From the IMG/VR virus record IMGVR_UViG_3300045988_055713, positions 1 to 25,438 of that record: a DNA stretch of 25,438 nt; one strand, 5' to 3'. The notes beneath the pieces were generated by a model. The model made no database searches, was not told where the DNA came from, and worked only from the letters and a program-made list of their open reading frames with translations. The position numbers and the translations under genes are program-made. Each line of letters opens with the position of its first letter. Position 1 is the first letter of the stretch. The stretch is from a virus. Below, piece after piece: positions 9,282 to 17,145 of the stretch.

Positions 9282-10958
9282 CTAAAACGTAAGAACCCCA
9301 ATATCAAAAGGTACACTTCCCAATGATTGAGGTAGCATATCTTCAATTGTCATTGATGCAGCTAATGACATGAATGGGTCTGTCTTTCTTGCTTTTGGCT
9401 CGATTTTTCCGATTAAATAATTTCCCATGTCTAACTCGCCATCTTTCGCCATCATTGATTTTTTAGCAGGCACTAATTTTGCATTGTTAGTTGCCCATCT
9501 CAAACAAGGTTGCTCACCCCATACGAAAAAGTGATTTAAAAAGCACCTATTAATAATAGGTACAACTTTCATGATGTCCGAATTTCTAACAAGCTTAATA
9601 TTTTTATTTTCATAATTAAAACCAAGCCTATTCAATTCATCTTTCAATATTTCATATCTGTAACTATCCATTGCAACACCTTCAATAACATAATCATTCA
9701 TCATTTGCTCAAGATACTCAGACACCAATTTTGGTGATATTTCAGGCTCATCCACTAATGTTACATATCCTTCATTTGCCCATTCTTTATACGGACATTT
9801 CAACCTCCACAATTCAGTTGACTGCATACATATCCAAGCATGATTTATATCGTATCGAATTTCATCTTGTTTAAAATGTAAATCAACCGCCATCCAGTCA
9901 TTTGTTTTTGAAAAGTCAATTCCACAAACGCATGACCAACCTTTAAGATCAATAAAATCTTTATTCGTAGCTTTAATATCTTCCCATTTTGCGACTGGCA
10001 TTGATTCCTTCGTCTGTCTGATATTCATTCGCTTAGTCATAAATGCGGATAAGCTTTGCGGAGAATTCAACCATTTGTTATATTCCTTACGCATCTCAAC
10101 CAACAATGAAGGTTTGTATCTCAATGAAGGATTAGCTTTCCTCCAATTCAATTCATCATGTACTTCATCTTTATTGTTTAATCTGCAAATAAAATAAAAG
10201 CAGCCATTATCGTCGCTCCCTTTTTTTAAGACATCTGTTCCGGTATCTAACATATCGTCTAAAGGCCCATCTGGAACATCTCCATTTGTTGTAAAGTACC
10301 CAATTCTTGGATGAGGCTTCTTTCCTAAGCCAGTAGTGAATACGTTGATGTTATCGTAGTTTTCATAAGTGTGAATCTCATTCAAAAATACTGCACCACT
10401 TCGCAAACCATCCTTCCCTTTGGCATTGTTGGTATGGCCTTTAATACATCCTTTATTTTCGATGCCTCTGATTTTTTCTTGAGTCCATTTAAAAAACTTC
10501 TTAAACTTCTTCGGATTTTTTTCTAAAGTATCGTGAATATCTAACACTGGTCTTAAAGCTTGGTCCTCATTATAAGCACAAATATCAACGTCATAGTTTT
10601 CGATTGGATTATATGGACTAATCAAACACAAACTCATCCAAGATATTAATCCGTCTTTTCCTGCACCTCGTCCCATAAAAAAAAGGCCGTCATCCCATCT
10701 CGGTAATCCGTCCTCTTCTTTAAATGTACACAAGTAACATCCTATGCAGTATCTTTCCCATTCATATCCTCGGCCAAAGCCTAAATACTTACCTAATCCA
10801 ATGTAATGCTCATAAAGTTCTAAATCGACAATCAACCTTTCATTCTGAAAGGCCCTCTCAACCATCGAACGCAGTTGCCATTGTTCAATACAAAACTCAT
10901 CTTTATTCGCATCCATTAAATCAAAATATTCTTTACAGAATATTGGCAACGAACTCAT
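9282..10958 (-). CDS. terL: Terminase large subunit
   Basis: 558 aa. ATGA overlap with terS. Walker-A-like GRGAGKDG and a C-terminal nuclease-sized domain, in canonical position. Confidence 0.9.
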   Translation of the reverse strand: MSSLPIFCKEYFDLMDANKDEFCIEQWQLRSMVERAFQNERLIVDLELYEHYIGLGKYLGFGRGYEWERYCIGCYLCTFKEEDGLPRWDDGLFFMGRGAGKDGLISWMSLCLISPYNPIENYDVDICAYNEDQALRPVLDIHDTLEKNPKKFKKFFKWTQEKIRGIENKGCIKGHTNNAKGKDGLRSGAVFLNEIHTYENYDNINVFTTGLGKKPHPRIGYFTTNGDVPDGPLDDMLDTGTDVLKKGSDDNGCFYFICRLNNKDEVHDELNWRKANPSLRYKPSLLVEMRKEYNKWLNSPQSLSAFMTKRMNIRQTKESMPVAKWEDIKATNKDFIDLKGWSCVCGIDFSKTNDWMAVDLHFKQDEIRYDINHAWICMQSTELWRLKCPYKEWANEGYVTLVDEPEISPKLVSEYLEQMMNDYVIEGVAMDSYRYEILKDELNRLGFNYENKNIKLVRNSDIMKVVPIINRCFLNHFFVWGEQPCLRWATNNAKLVPAKKSMMAKDGELDMGNYLIGKIEPKARKTDPFMSLAASMTIEDMLPQSLGSVPFDIGVLTF

Positions 10959-11299
10959 AGTTCATCATCTTCATCTTCTTCATGTAAAGCACCGCCTAGC
11001 GATACAATCACTTTAATCAGTGCTTGTGTTGTGTTATTTGCTTGCTGGCAAGTTTTATTATACGTAGTCACTGCAGGACTCACATACATATTTTCTCTTC
11101 CCTTAACATATTCCTTCGTACAAACGACACCATCTTCTTCAATTTTCTTTTCCAAGCTTGTCAGAATATCAATTTGAGTCTCCAACCTCTTCAAAGTGCT
11201 TGCAAACAAAAAATTATCAATATATCCTTGTCGCTCAGCATCTTTTTTGAAATTATCCAACGATTTCTTTAGATCAATAGACTTATTCTCTTTTTTCAT
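10955..11299 (-). CDS. terS: Terminase small subunit (P27-like family)
   Basis: 114 aa with an acidic C-terminus (EEDEDDEL). Lies immediately upstream of and overlapping terL, and downstream of HNH plus the GC-rich site. Confidence 0.75.
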   Translation of the reverse strand: MKKENKSIDLKKSLDNFKKDAERQGYIDNFLFASTLKRLETQIDILTSLEKKIEEDGVVCTKEYVKGRENMYVSPAVTTYNKTCQQANNTTQALIKVIVSLGGALHEEDEDDEL

Positions 11300-11354
11300 T
11301 CCTTAATCACCACCTATTTTCCAAATTTCTACATGACTTAGAAGAATTTCTCAA

Positions 11355-11425
11355 CAGGAAAGGCCGCCCCCGCTCCGCTACCCCTTGAATCTGAACTCAA
11401 ATTTTTGACCCGGGGGTAGTTAACA
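11355..11425. other. Candidate cos (cohesive end) region
   Basis: The only strongly GC-rich island in the window: GGCCGCCCCCGCTCCGCTACCCC (11362-11384) and CCCGGGGG (11409-11416). A 7-bp inverted repeat, CTACCCC/GGGGTAG, sits at 11378-84 and 11413-19. The island lies in the 172-bp gap between HNH and terS. Confidence 0.5.
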
Positions 11426-11471
11426 ATTTTATTTTCTTCACAAATTTATCCAAAAATAAATGAGACTAACC

Positions 11472-11837
11472 TTACCATCTTTCTTCTGTGATTAAATCCT
11501 TTTCCTTTTCGCTATCTGATTTGAAATTTATAATCTTTTCAGGATGAACTTTGTTGTGACATTCGTTGCATAAGCTAATCAATTGACGATCATTGTTGTT
11601 GTAGATTGATAAAGCTAAGCTTGGATTGTCACGCAAGTGAATGATGTGATGGACTGTTTGAGCTTTAGTTATAATTCCATGTTGTTTACACAGTTGACAT
11701 TCATTGTGGTCCAAGTGTAATACTTCGGCACGTTTATGTCTCCAAACAGATGAGTTATAAAAGTTCTTACAAGCTACATTCCAATCATTTGAATCCTTGT
11801 GTTGATATAAATATTCAATCCATTCTGAGTCTGTCAT
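11472..11837 (-). CDS. HNH endonuclease (packaging-associated)
   Basis: CQLCKQHG...VHHIIHL...NDRQLISLCNECHNKVH is an HNH/zinc-finger motif. Start reset to ATG 11837 (MTDSEW) with AGAGGA 6 nt upstream; the track start is a TTG. Confidence 0.9.
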   Translation of the reverse strand: MTDSEWIEYLYQHKDSNDWNVACKNFYNSSVWRHKRAEVLHLDHNECQLCKQHGIITKAQTVHHIIHLRDNPSLALSIYNNNDRQLISLCNECHNKVHPEKIINFKSDSEKEKDLITEERW

Positions 11838-11915
11838 ATGTATTCCTCTCAATCATGCACCTATGATTCTAGGCACATGAGCGAAAGGAAAACTTAAAAG
11901 AGACTCATATGTGAC

Positions 11916-11945
11916 AATAAAAGGGAGTATCTTTTTGATACCCCC
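11916..11945 (-). terminator. Rho-independent terminator between the early/middle genes and the late operon
   Basis: Minus-strand RNA: GGGGGUAUC-AAAAA-GAUACUCCC, a 9-bp stem with one G-U, followed by UUUUAUU. Confidence 0.7.
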
Positions 11946-12027
11946 TAAGTCGCATATTTTGTAAGAACTAAATTCTTACGTATCCATTATATCAGAGATT
12001 AAAGGGTACTTTAGTACGCTTTTTGTT

Positions 12028-12507
12028 TTATATTTGTTTGATTTGTTGCTTGATTAAAGATTTCATGTGTCGATTCACGTTTGAAATATGGTATTGCATC
12101 TTCAATGATTCGTATGATTTGTTATCAAAGTAATCAAGAATAAATTGTACTTCATCACTTTGTTTTAGTTGTTCAAGATATGACATTGCTTTGCATAGAC
12201 TGTATCGCATCACTTGTAGTTCCTGGATTAATTCATCTTCATAATCAAATACTAATCCATTTGAATTTGAATGATACTTAGAGCCTGGTGCTTTGTATCG
12301 AGCATCTTCATCGACTAACTTACCTTCCCAATCTTTAACTTTGATTGTTATTCTCTGCCAATTCAACGGACTTTTATATCCTCTATCATAATTCAATAAA
12401 TCAGATACTTTACTTAATTTATTTTCAATCTCAGTGATACGTGCAATATACCAATCAATATTGCGTATCTGTCTGATTACATACGATGCATCTTCGTTTG
12501 ATATCAT
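12028..12507 (-). CDS. Late-gene transcriptional activator candidate (RinA/ArpU-like, sigma region-4-like HTH)
   Basis: C-terminal SDEVQFILDYFDNKSYESLKMQYHISNVNRHMKSLIKQQI parallels the RinA pattern (xFIxEYYFNKKxL...IHISDRTAHRIKRKI). It is the last gene before HNH/terS. Start at ATG 12507 (TAATG overlap). Confidence 0.5.
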   Translation of the reverse strand: MISNEDASYVIRQIRNIDWYIARITEIENKLSKVSDLLNYDRGYKSPLNWQRITIKVKDWEGKLVDEDARYKAPGSKYHSNSNGLVFDYEDELIQELQVMRYSLCKAMSYLEQLKQSDEVQFILDYFDNKSYESLKMQYHISNVNRHMKSLIKQQIKQI

Positions 12508-12737
12508 TAACCTAAATATCCTTTCGCTCTGTATGCACATTCTAATTCATAAACTGAAAGCTTGTGATCTAAAAGATATTGAACTTCTTTTTTCATATTT
12601 CTTTTATTGATTTGCTCAGCTAAAAATAAATCTTGCTTTGTTAATTTGTATTGATAACAAATTGTAGCTAGTTCATCAATCTCTCTTTTAGATTGTGCTG
12701 TGCTCGATAATATTTGAGTATTTGCCCATGCACTCAT
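12507..12737 (-). CDS. Hypothetical protein (76 aa)
   Basis: SD is AAGGAAG before ATG 12737. Coupled to the downstream gene. Confidence 0.6.
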   Translation of the reverse strand: MSAWANTQILSSTAQSKREIDELATICYQYKLTKQDLFLAEQINKRNMKKEVQYLLDHKLSVYELECAYRAKGYLG

Positions 12738-12741
12738 TCAA

Positions 12742-12963
12742 TCACTTCCTTTTCTTATTTTCGCTTACAACTACTGAACCACGATGCCATGATTCATCAC
12801 CAGTATGGTATCTTCTTTCGTTGGCTCTTTCCTGGTGTTTCTTATATTCTTTTAATCCACAATTTTCACGTTCTAATTTAACGATGTAATCAATAGTCTT
12901 TTGCATACATTCTCTAATGTGCTCATCATGAATATCATTTACTGTTACATTCATTTTCGACAT
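12742..12963 (-). CDS. Hypothetical protein (70-73 aa)
   Basis: ATG 12954 has GAAGGA 8 nt upstream and is more likely than ATG 12963. Basic C-terminus. Confidence 0.55.
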   Translation of the reverse strand: MSKMNVTVNDIHDEHIRECMQKTIDYIVKLERENCGLKEYKKHQERANERRYHTGDESWHRGSVVVSENKKRK

Positions 12964-13249
12964 CCTTCAAATACTCAAATTCTTTCAACAACTCGCTCTT
13001 TGTTCTTTCAAACTCTGATTCGATTTGCTTTTGTACATCAATTTTAGTTTGTTTGAACCATTTCTTTTTAAATTCAGTAACTGTTTTTCTGTAAGTATCC
13101 TCACTATAATCGCAAGACTCCCACCACTCTAAATCGTGTAGCAACTTACACAAATCTTTCATCATTTCATTTAATTGAGAATCATACATTCTATCAACAT
13201 ATTCTTCTTCAATTCGACAATACATATAATTATAACTTCCACCGCTCAT
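12935..13249 (-). CDS. Hypothetical phage protein (MSGGSYNY... family)
   Basis: Start reset to ATG 13249 with GGAGGA 6 nt upstream. The MSGGSY(N/D)Y N-terminus recurs in phage ORFans, from memory. Confidence 0.6.
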   Translation of the reverse strand: MSGGSYNYMYCRIEEEYVDRMYDSQLNEMMKDLCKLLHDLEWWESCDYSEDTYRKTVTEFKKKWFKQTKIDVQKQIESEFERTKSELLKEFEYLKDVENECNSK

Positions 13250-13251
13250 TC

Positions 13252-13476
13252 TCAATCCTCCACAAATTCTATTTGTTCTCTTTCTACGCAAAATCTTGCG
13301 CCGTCATTAAATTCAATATCGAATAAATTTGTAGCACTTCCATTCCCTGTTAGCGTTTTGTGTACGTGTACAATATCACCAACTTGACTAATGTAATCTT
13401 CTTTGCTCTTGCCAGTACTACTAATTAATTCATATTCATACTTATCAATAAGGCACAGCAATCTAGCTTTACGCAT
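13252..13476 (-). CDS. Hypothetical protein (74 aa)
   Basis: SD is GAGGTG before ATG 13476. Confidence 0.6.
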   Translation of the reverse strand: MRKARLLCLIDKYEYELISSTGKSKEDYISQVGDIVHVHKTLTGNGSATNLFDIEFNDGARFCVEREQIEFVED

Positions 13477-13533
13477 TATTTGATCACCTCACAGTTTGCT
13501 AAAATTTCATTGATCGATTTTTCACATTCATTT

Positions 13534-13794
13534 CTAGTCATATTCCTTCAATTCCTCTTTAAGCTCATTTATAGCTTGCTTAACATCTTTCAAGTCTAAA
13601 TCTACATTGCTAACTAATTCTGCCATACGATTGTTAGAATAGCTCTGTAAAGCCGATTCTAGCGTTGTATGGTATGAGATAGGCTTTTGTACGTCTATCT
13701 CATTTCCTTCTTTATCCTTACCCTTTACGAACGTTACAAGAGCGAATGAACCACCGCTAGAAGTGATTGCATAATTGTTTTGTAATCTAATCAT
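13534..13794 (-). CDS. Hypothetical protein (86 aa)
   Basis: SD is GGAGAGG before ATG 13794. Confidence 0.6.
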   Translation of the reverse strand: MIRLQNNYAITSSGGSFALVTFVKGKDKEGNEIDVQKPISYHTTLESALQSYSNNRMAELVSNVDLDLKDVKQAINELKEELKEYD

Positions 13795-13814
13795 TTTTCA
13801 CAACCTCTCCATTT

Positions 13815-13952
13815 TCAAAATGATATTTCTTTGTCAACTAACTCTTGCAAACGTAAAGCATGCCTAGTATCTTCGTTCATTGGCTTACCTTCGTAATGCA
13901 TATCAAGATATTTATCTATGATATAGTTCAGGCTTTCTTGATATTTATTCAT
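13815..13952 (-). CDS. Small hypothetical protein (45 aa), absent from the ORF track
   Basis: My translation: MNKYQESLNYIIDKYLDMHYEGKPMNEDTRHALRLQELVDKEISF*. AGGAGG lies 10 nt upstream of ATG 13952. It fills an otherwise empty 164-bp gap in a tightly packed operon. Confidence 0.5.
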   Translation of the reverse strand: MNKYQESLNYIIDKYLDMHYEGKPMNEDTRHALRLQELVDKEISF

Positions 13953-13958
13953 ATGCTT

Positions 13959-14411
13959 TTAACCTCCTATAGTTGGGCAAATACAATCCCATTCATAATC
14001 ATCAAACTTAACTTCTTCATCCTTTGTAATTTCTCCGTCAATGATTTCAATAATTTGGTTGAACTGCATTCTTCTTTCAAACGCATGAATTCTCATGTCA
14101 ACTCCGTATTTTTTACAAGATTGTAATAATTCTTCCGCACTAATACCCCATGCGAATTCTGTTTCGAGTCCAATTGTAGTTTCTTCTTCATCTTCCAAGT
14201 CATCAAAATAGACATGCGAATCAACGACAAATCCTCTATACGTTCCTTTAATCCAGCATCTTCTACATTCAACATAACAATAATCATCCATCTTCAACGC
14301 TTCTAAATCTTTGCCGATACAATCAACCGGTTGTAATCCTTCTAAAACAAATTTTGTTAAATTCTCTTTTGTACCTCTCACTCTTAAGGTACCAGCACAC
14401 CAATTAGGCAT
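13959..14411 (-). CDS. Hypothetical protein (150 aa; MPNWC N-terminus, possibly DUF1281/Api92-like)
   Basis: Start reset to ATG 14411 with GGAGGA 7 nt upstream. The family hint comes only from the MPNWCxxTLxVxG N-terminus. Confidence 0.6.
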   Translation of the reverse strand: MPNWCAGTLRVRGTKENLTKFVLEGLQPVDCIGKDLEALKMDDYCYVECRRCWIKGTYRGFVVDSHVYFDDLEDEEETTIGLETEFAWGISAEELLQSCKKYGVDMRIHAFERRMQFNQIIEIIDGEITKDEEVKFDDYEWDCICPTIGG

Positions 14412-14435
14412 TTTTATTTCCTCCACTTTTCTCTC

Positions 14436-14714
14436 TCATTTCAACACGATTTTTTCCAATTCAAATCCATCTATATCACCATTACTTTTGATATGTTCAA
14501 TAATGCATTTTTTTTCGTATTCACTTAAAGTGCTGAATCTATATATAACAAAAATATACCTTTTCCAATTCGCATCATTTTTATTCACAAATATAAATTT
14601 ATGCATAAATAAATCATTCGATTTTTCGTCAAATAATCTATCTGTTTTAATCCAAAACTTTGTAGCCCCATCTGTAATATTTGTTACAATAACGGCGTGT
14701 TCCACTTCAATCAT
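14436..14714 (-). CDS. Hypothetical protein (92 aa)
   Basis: Start reset to ATG 14714 (MIEVEH..), which forms an ATGA overlap with the upstream stop and has an AAAGGAG SD. Confidence 0.6.
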   Translation of the reverse strand: MIEVEHAVIVTNITDGATKFWIKTDRLFDEKSNDLFMHKFIFVNKNDANWKRYIFVIYRFSTLSEYEKKCIIEHIKSNGDIDGFELEKIVLK

Positions 14715-15124
14715 TTTCTTTCTCCTTTCAAAAAATATTCTTTCCAACATTCTTTGGACTTCTTTTCATATTCTTTATTAAAAAAATATTTCTCAGAGTC
14801 ACAATGAAATTTACATAAAATACATTCTTTTTTCTTCTTTTTAGCAACTGCTCCAATATCAAAATTTGCCGGGCAACCATTGAGTCCATTGTTATGTGTA
14901 TATTTACAAGCTTTATCTAATGCTTTTTCAAGTACTTTAATTTCTTTTTCATATATCATTAAATCCTCATCATTTGAATCATCATTAATAATCGCGTTGT
15001 ATAAGTATTCAATACGTTCTCTGTATTCATCTTTTGTGATTTCTGATAAAGGCTTTTTAAATCCTGTAGGCAATAATTTAAATCCGAATTCTTTTTCAAA
15101 TTCATCTAAATCTTTTTCTGTCAT
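14711..15124 (-). CDS. Hypothetical protein (137 aa, Cys-rich C-terminal half)
   Basis: SD is GAGGTG. C-terminal cysteines: CKYTHNNGLNGC...CILCKFHC...C. Confidence 0.6.
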   Translation of the reverse strand: MTEKDLDEFEKEFGFKLLPTGFKKPLSEITKDEYRERIEYLYNAIINDDSNDEDLMIYEKEIKVLEKALDKACKYTHNNGLNGCPANFDIGAVAKKKKKECILCKFHCDSEKYFFNKEYEKKSKECWKEYFLKGERK

Positions 15125-15126
15125 AC

Positions 15127-15357
15127 TTACACCTCTTTATGCGCTAGCTCTCTTATGTTTCTTTTTAGAAATACAATCGTATTTTTTAACGATTCAATAA
15201 CCTCTTTATCGTCTATATCATGCACATCATAAATAAACCTAAGAGCCATTTCTAAGCCGTCCGATACTCCACTTCCATAAGTTGTACCTCTATTTTCGTA
15301 TTCTTCCATTTTAAGAAACGCAAAGTTTTCTATTTGTTTAATTTCTTCTTTTGTCAT
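15127..15357 (-). CDS. Hypothetical protein (76 aa)
   Basis: ATGA overlap with the upstream gene. Confidence 0.6.
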   Translation of the reverse strand: MTKEEIKQIENFAFLKMEEYENRGTTYGSGVSDGLEMALRFIYDVHDIDDKEVIESLKNTIVFLKRNIRELAHKEV

Positions 15358-15644
15358 ACTTCAACATCCTCATCTTTAGGCATTTCAAAAACATGAACAC
15401 CTTTATTCAATATGTAACTTTTACGTGTCACATTATCAATCGCACAATATTGCTTATCTGAAATAAATCTTTGAATTTCATCCAAAACTTTTAAGGCTTT
15501 ATCTTGTGTTGAATAGACACCTAATATGTCGATTCCTCTTTCTGAATATCCGTATATGTAATATTCACTTTTATCTTTATTGTTGTTAATTACTACTTGA
15601 TTTACATTTAACAACACTTTTTTACTTTGGCTTCTAATCCACAT
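15354..15644 (-). CDS. Hypothetical protein (96 aa)
   Basis: TAATG overlap with the dUTPase stop. Confidence 0.6.
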   Translation of the reverse strand: MWIRSQSKKVLLNVNQVVINNNKDKSEYYIYGYSERGIDILGVYSTQDKALKVLDEIQRFISDKQYCAIDNVTRKSYILNKGVHVFEMPKDEDVEV

Positions 15645-16159
15645 TAGTACCCCTCCTTCAATCTTTGATAGTTGATTTTGTTCTTTTTACAATAACATTC
15701 ATAAACTTGCTCAATCGTGAAGCCTAAGTATTCTGTAATTGCAATTAATGCTTCAACTCTATAAAGTGGAAAGCTAACCAATCTGAGAAATCCATTAATT
15801 AGCGCATCATTAGTCTTATGCATCAAATTACTTTGCTCCTTAATTCTTCTTTTAACATCAGGAGCAGAGCCTAAGCCTTCTTCACCATCATTGAAATTAT
15901 TTTGCCAACTTAATACAAAATGCCAAATATCAACTAATTCGCCTAATACATTTTCTTCATCAACTTGTGGTTGAGTTTTCTTCCACCAACACCAGTTGGC
16001 TTTTAATTCGTGAGTTAATTCGCCTACTTCATCAAGAATTGCGAAACTCAAATTCTCTTCATAAATCGTGTATAATCCGTATTCTTTCATGATAGCTTCA
16101 TCTAATTTAGCTTGCATTTTTAACATTTTTTTAATTAATTCAATTTCTTTAATTGTCAT
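15644..16159 (-). CDS. dut: Dimeric (all-alpha, dUTPase_2/MazG-like) dUTP pyrophosphatase
   Basis: ILDEVGELTHELKANWCWWKK...VDEENVLGELVDIWHFVLSW matches the ExxEL / WKWWK / ExVDxxHF pattern of dimeric dUTPases. Confidence 0.7.
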   Translation of the reverse strand: MTIKEIELIKKMLKMQAKLDEAIMKEYGLYTIYEENLSFAILDEVGELTHELKANWCWWKKTQPQVDEENVLGELVDIWHFVLSWQNNFNDGEEGLGSAPDVKRRIKEQSNLMHKTNDALINGFLRLVSFPLYRVEALIAITEYLGFTIEQVYECYCKKNKINYQRLKEGY

Positions 16160-16778
16160 GTTTCTTAATCTCTCTTTCTAAATACCATTTAGCTTTTTTC
16201 AAGTCTTGTAATTCTGTTCCTTTGAATGGAGCACGTGATACATATTTGATTACATTGCCTAAATTAAAGTTAAGGTTATGTGATTCAATATAATCAATTG
16301 GTTCAATACCGTGTTGATAGTGTTGAGGATGATTTACCATGTCTATTTCATCATCAGCTTTTTCTTCGTTAGACTTAAAACAATCTTTTGTTTTTAAACA
16401 ATTTGTCTCAGCGGCATAAGTGTTATATTTGCATTCGCAACAAGGTAGCTCAAATTCTGATAAATTGCTATATATGCATTTCATACATTCTTTCTCTTTT
16501 TTAGGCTTGAAGTAATCCTTTGCTTTCAAATATGCCATAGTATCGTGTTTATATGTTCCTTTACAATTTACGCAAGGCTCTTCAAGCTCTTCAAAATCTT
16601 CGTATACACATCCCATACATCCATTATGTTCAATTGTTGATTGCTCTTCTTTTGGTTGGAACTTATCATCATGCATTTGATAAGCTAAACTTAATTCGCC
16701 CATTTGCTCCCTGCAGTATTTACATGGTTCATCCAATTTAGATGAATATTCATATTTACATCTATTGCATTTGCTCAT
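16149..16778 (-). CDS. DUF3310-like protein with three N-terminal CxxC-x11-CxxC zinc-ribbon repeats
   Basis: C-terminal HPQHYQHGIEPIDYIESHNLNFNLGNVIKYVSRAPFKGTELQDLKKAKWYLEREI is a DUF3310-type motif. The N-terminus carries three tandem Cys4 units. SD is AAGGAG. Confidence 0.7.
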   Translation of the reverse strand: MSKCNRCKYEYSSKLDEPCKYCREQMGELSLAYQMHDDKFQPKEEQSTIEHNGCMGCVYEDFEELEEPCVNCKGTYKHDTMAYLKAKDYFKPKKEKECMKCIYSNLSEFELPCCECKYNTYAAETNCLKTKDCFKSNEEKADDEIDMVNHPQHYQHGIEPIDYIESHNLNFNLGNVIKYVSRAPFKGTELQDLKKAKWYLEREIKKHDN

Positions 16779-16781
16779 TGT

Positions 16782-17129
16782 TTATCTCCTTTTAAGTTCT
16801 TCATTGATTCCACTTTTTTGAATTGCAATTTCAATAAAGCGACGTTCAACCATTCTATACGCTTGTAACTCATCCAATTCGCCTAACAGTCTATTAACTT
16901 TGCTTTGTAGCTTTTCTAGTCTGTCATCATTAAATTGCGTTACTGCATCACCTCGTAAAAGGTTATCAATAAATTCATTCTCTGCATGAATCACATCTTT
17001 TTTGTTTTCATAACGAAAACCGTACACTTTTTCTCTGTCTCGATAATCCAATAACTTATGCTTGTTTTTTTCGACTCTTTTATCGAGATATGATTTCACA
17101 TTTTCAACTGCTTTTAATTTTGGGTTCAT
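16782..17129 (-). CDS. Hypothetical coiled-coil protein (115 aa)
   Basis: Start reset to ATG 17129 (MNPKLK..) with AAAGGAG 8 nt upstream, immediately after the recombinase stop. Confidence 0.6.
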   Translation of the reverse strand: MNPKLKAVENVKSYLDKRVEKNKHKLLDYRDREKVYGFRYENKKDVIHAENEFIDNLLRGDAVTQFNDDRLEKLQSKVNRLLGELDELQAYRMVERRFIEIAIQKSGINEELKRR

Positions 17130-17145
17130 TTTTATGCTCCTTTCT

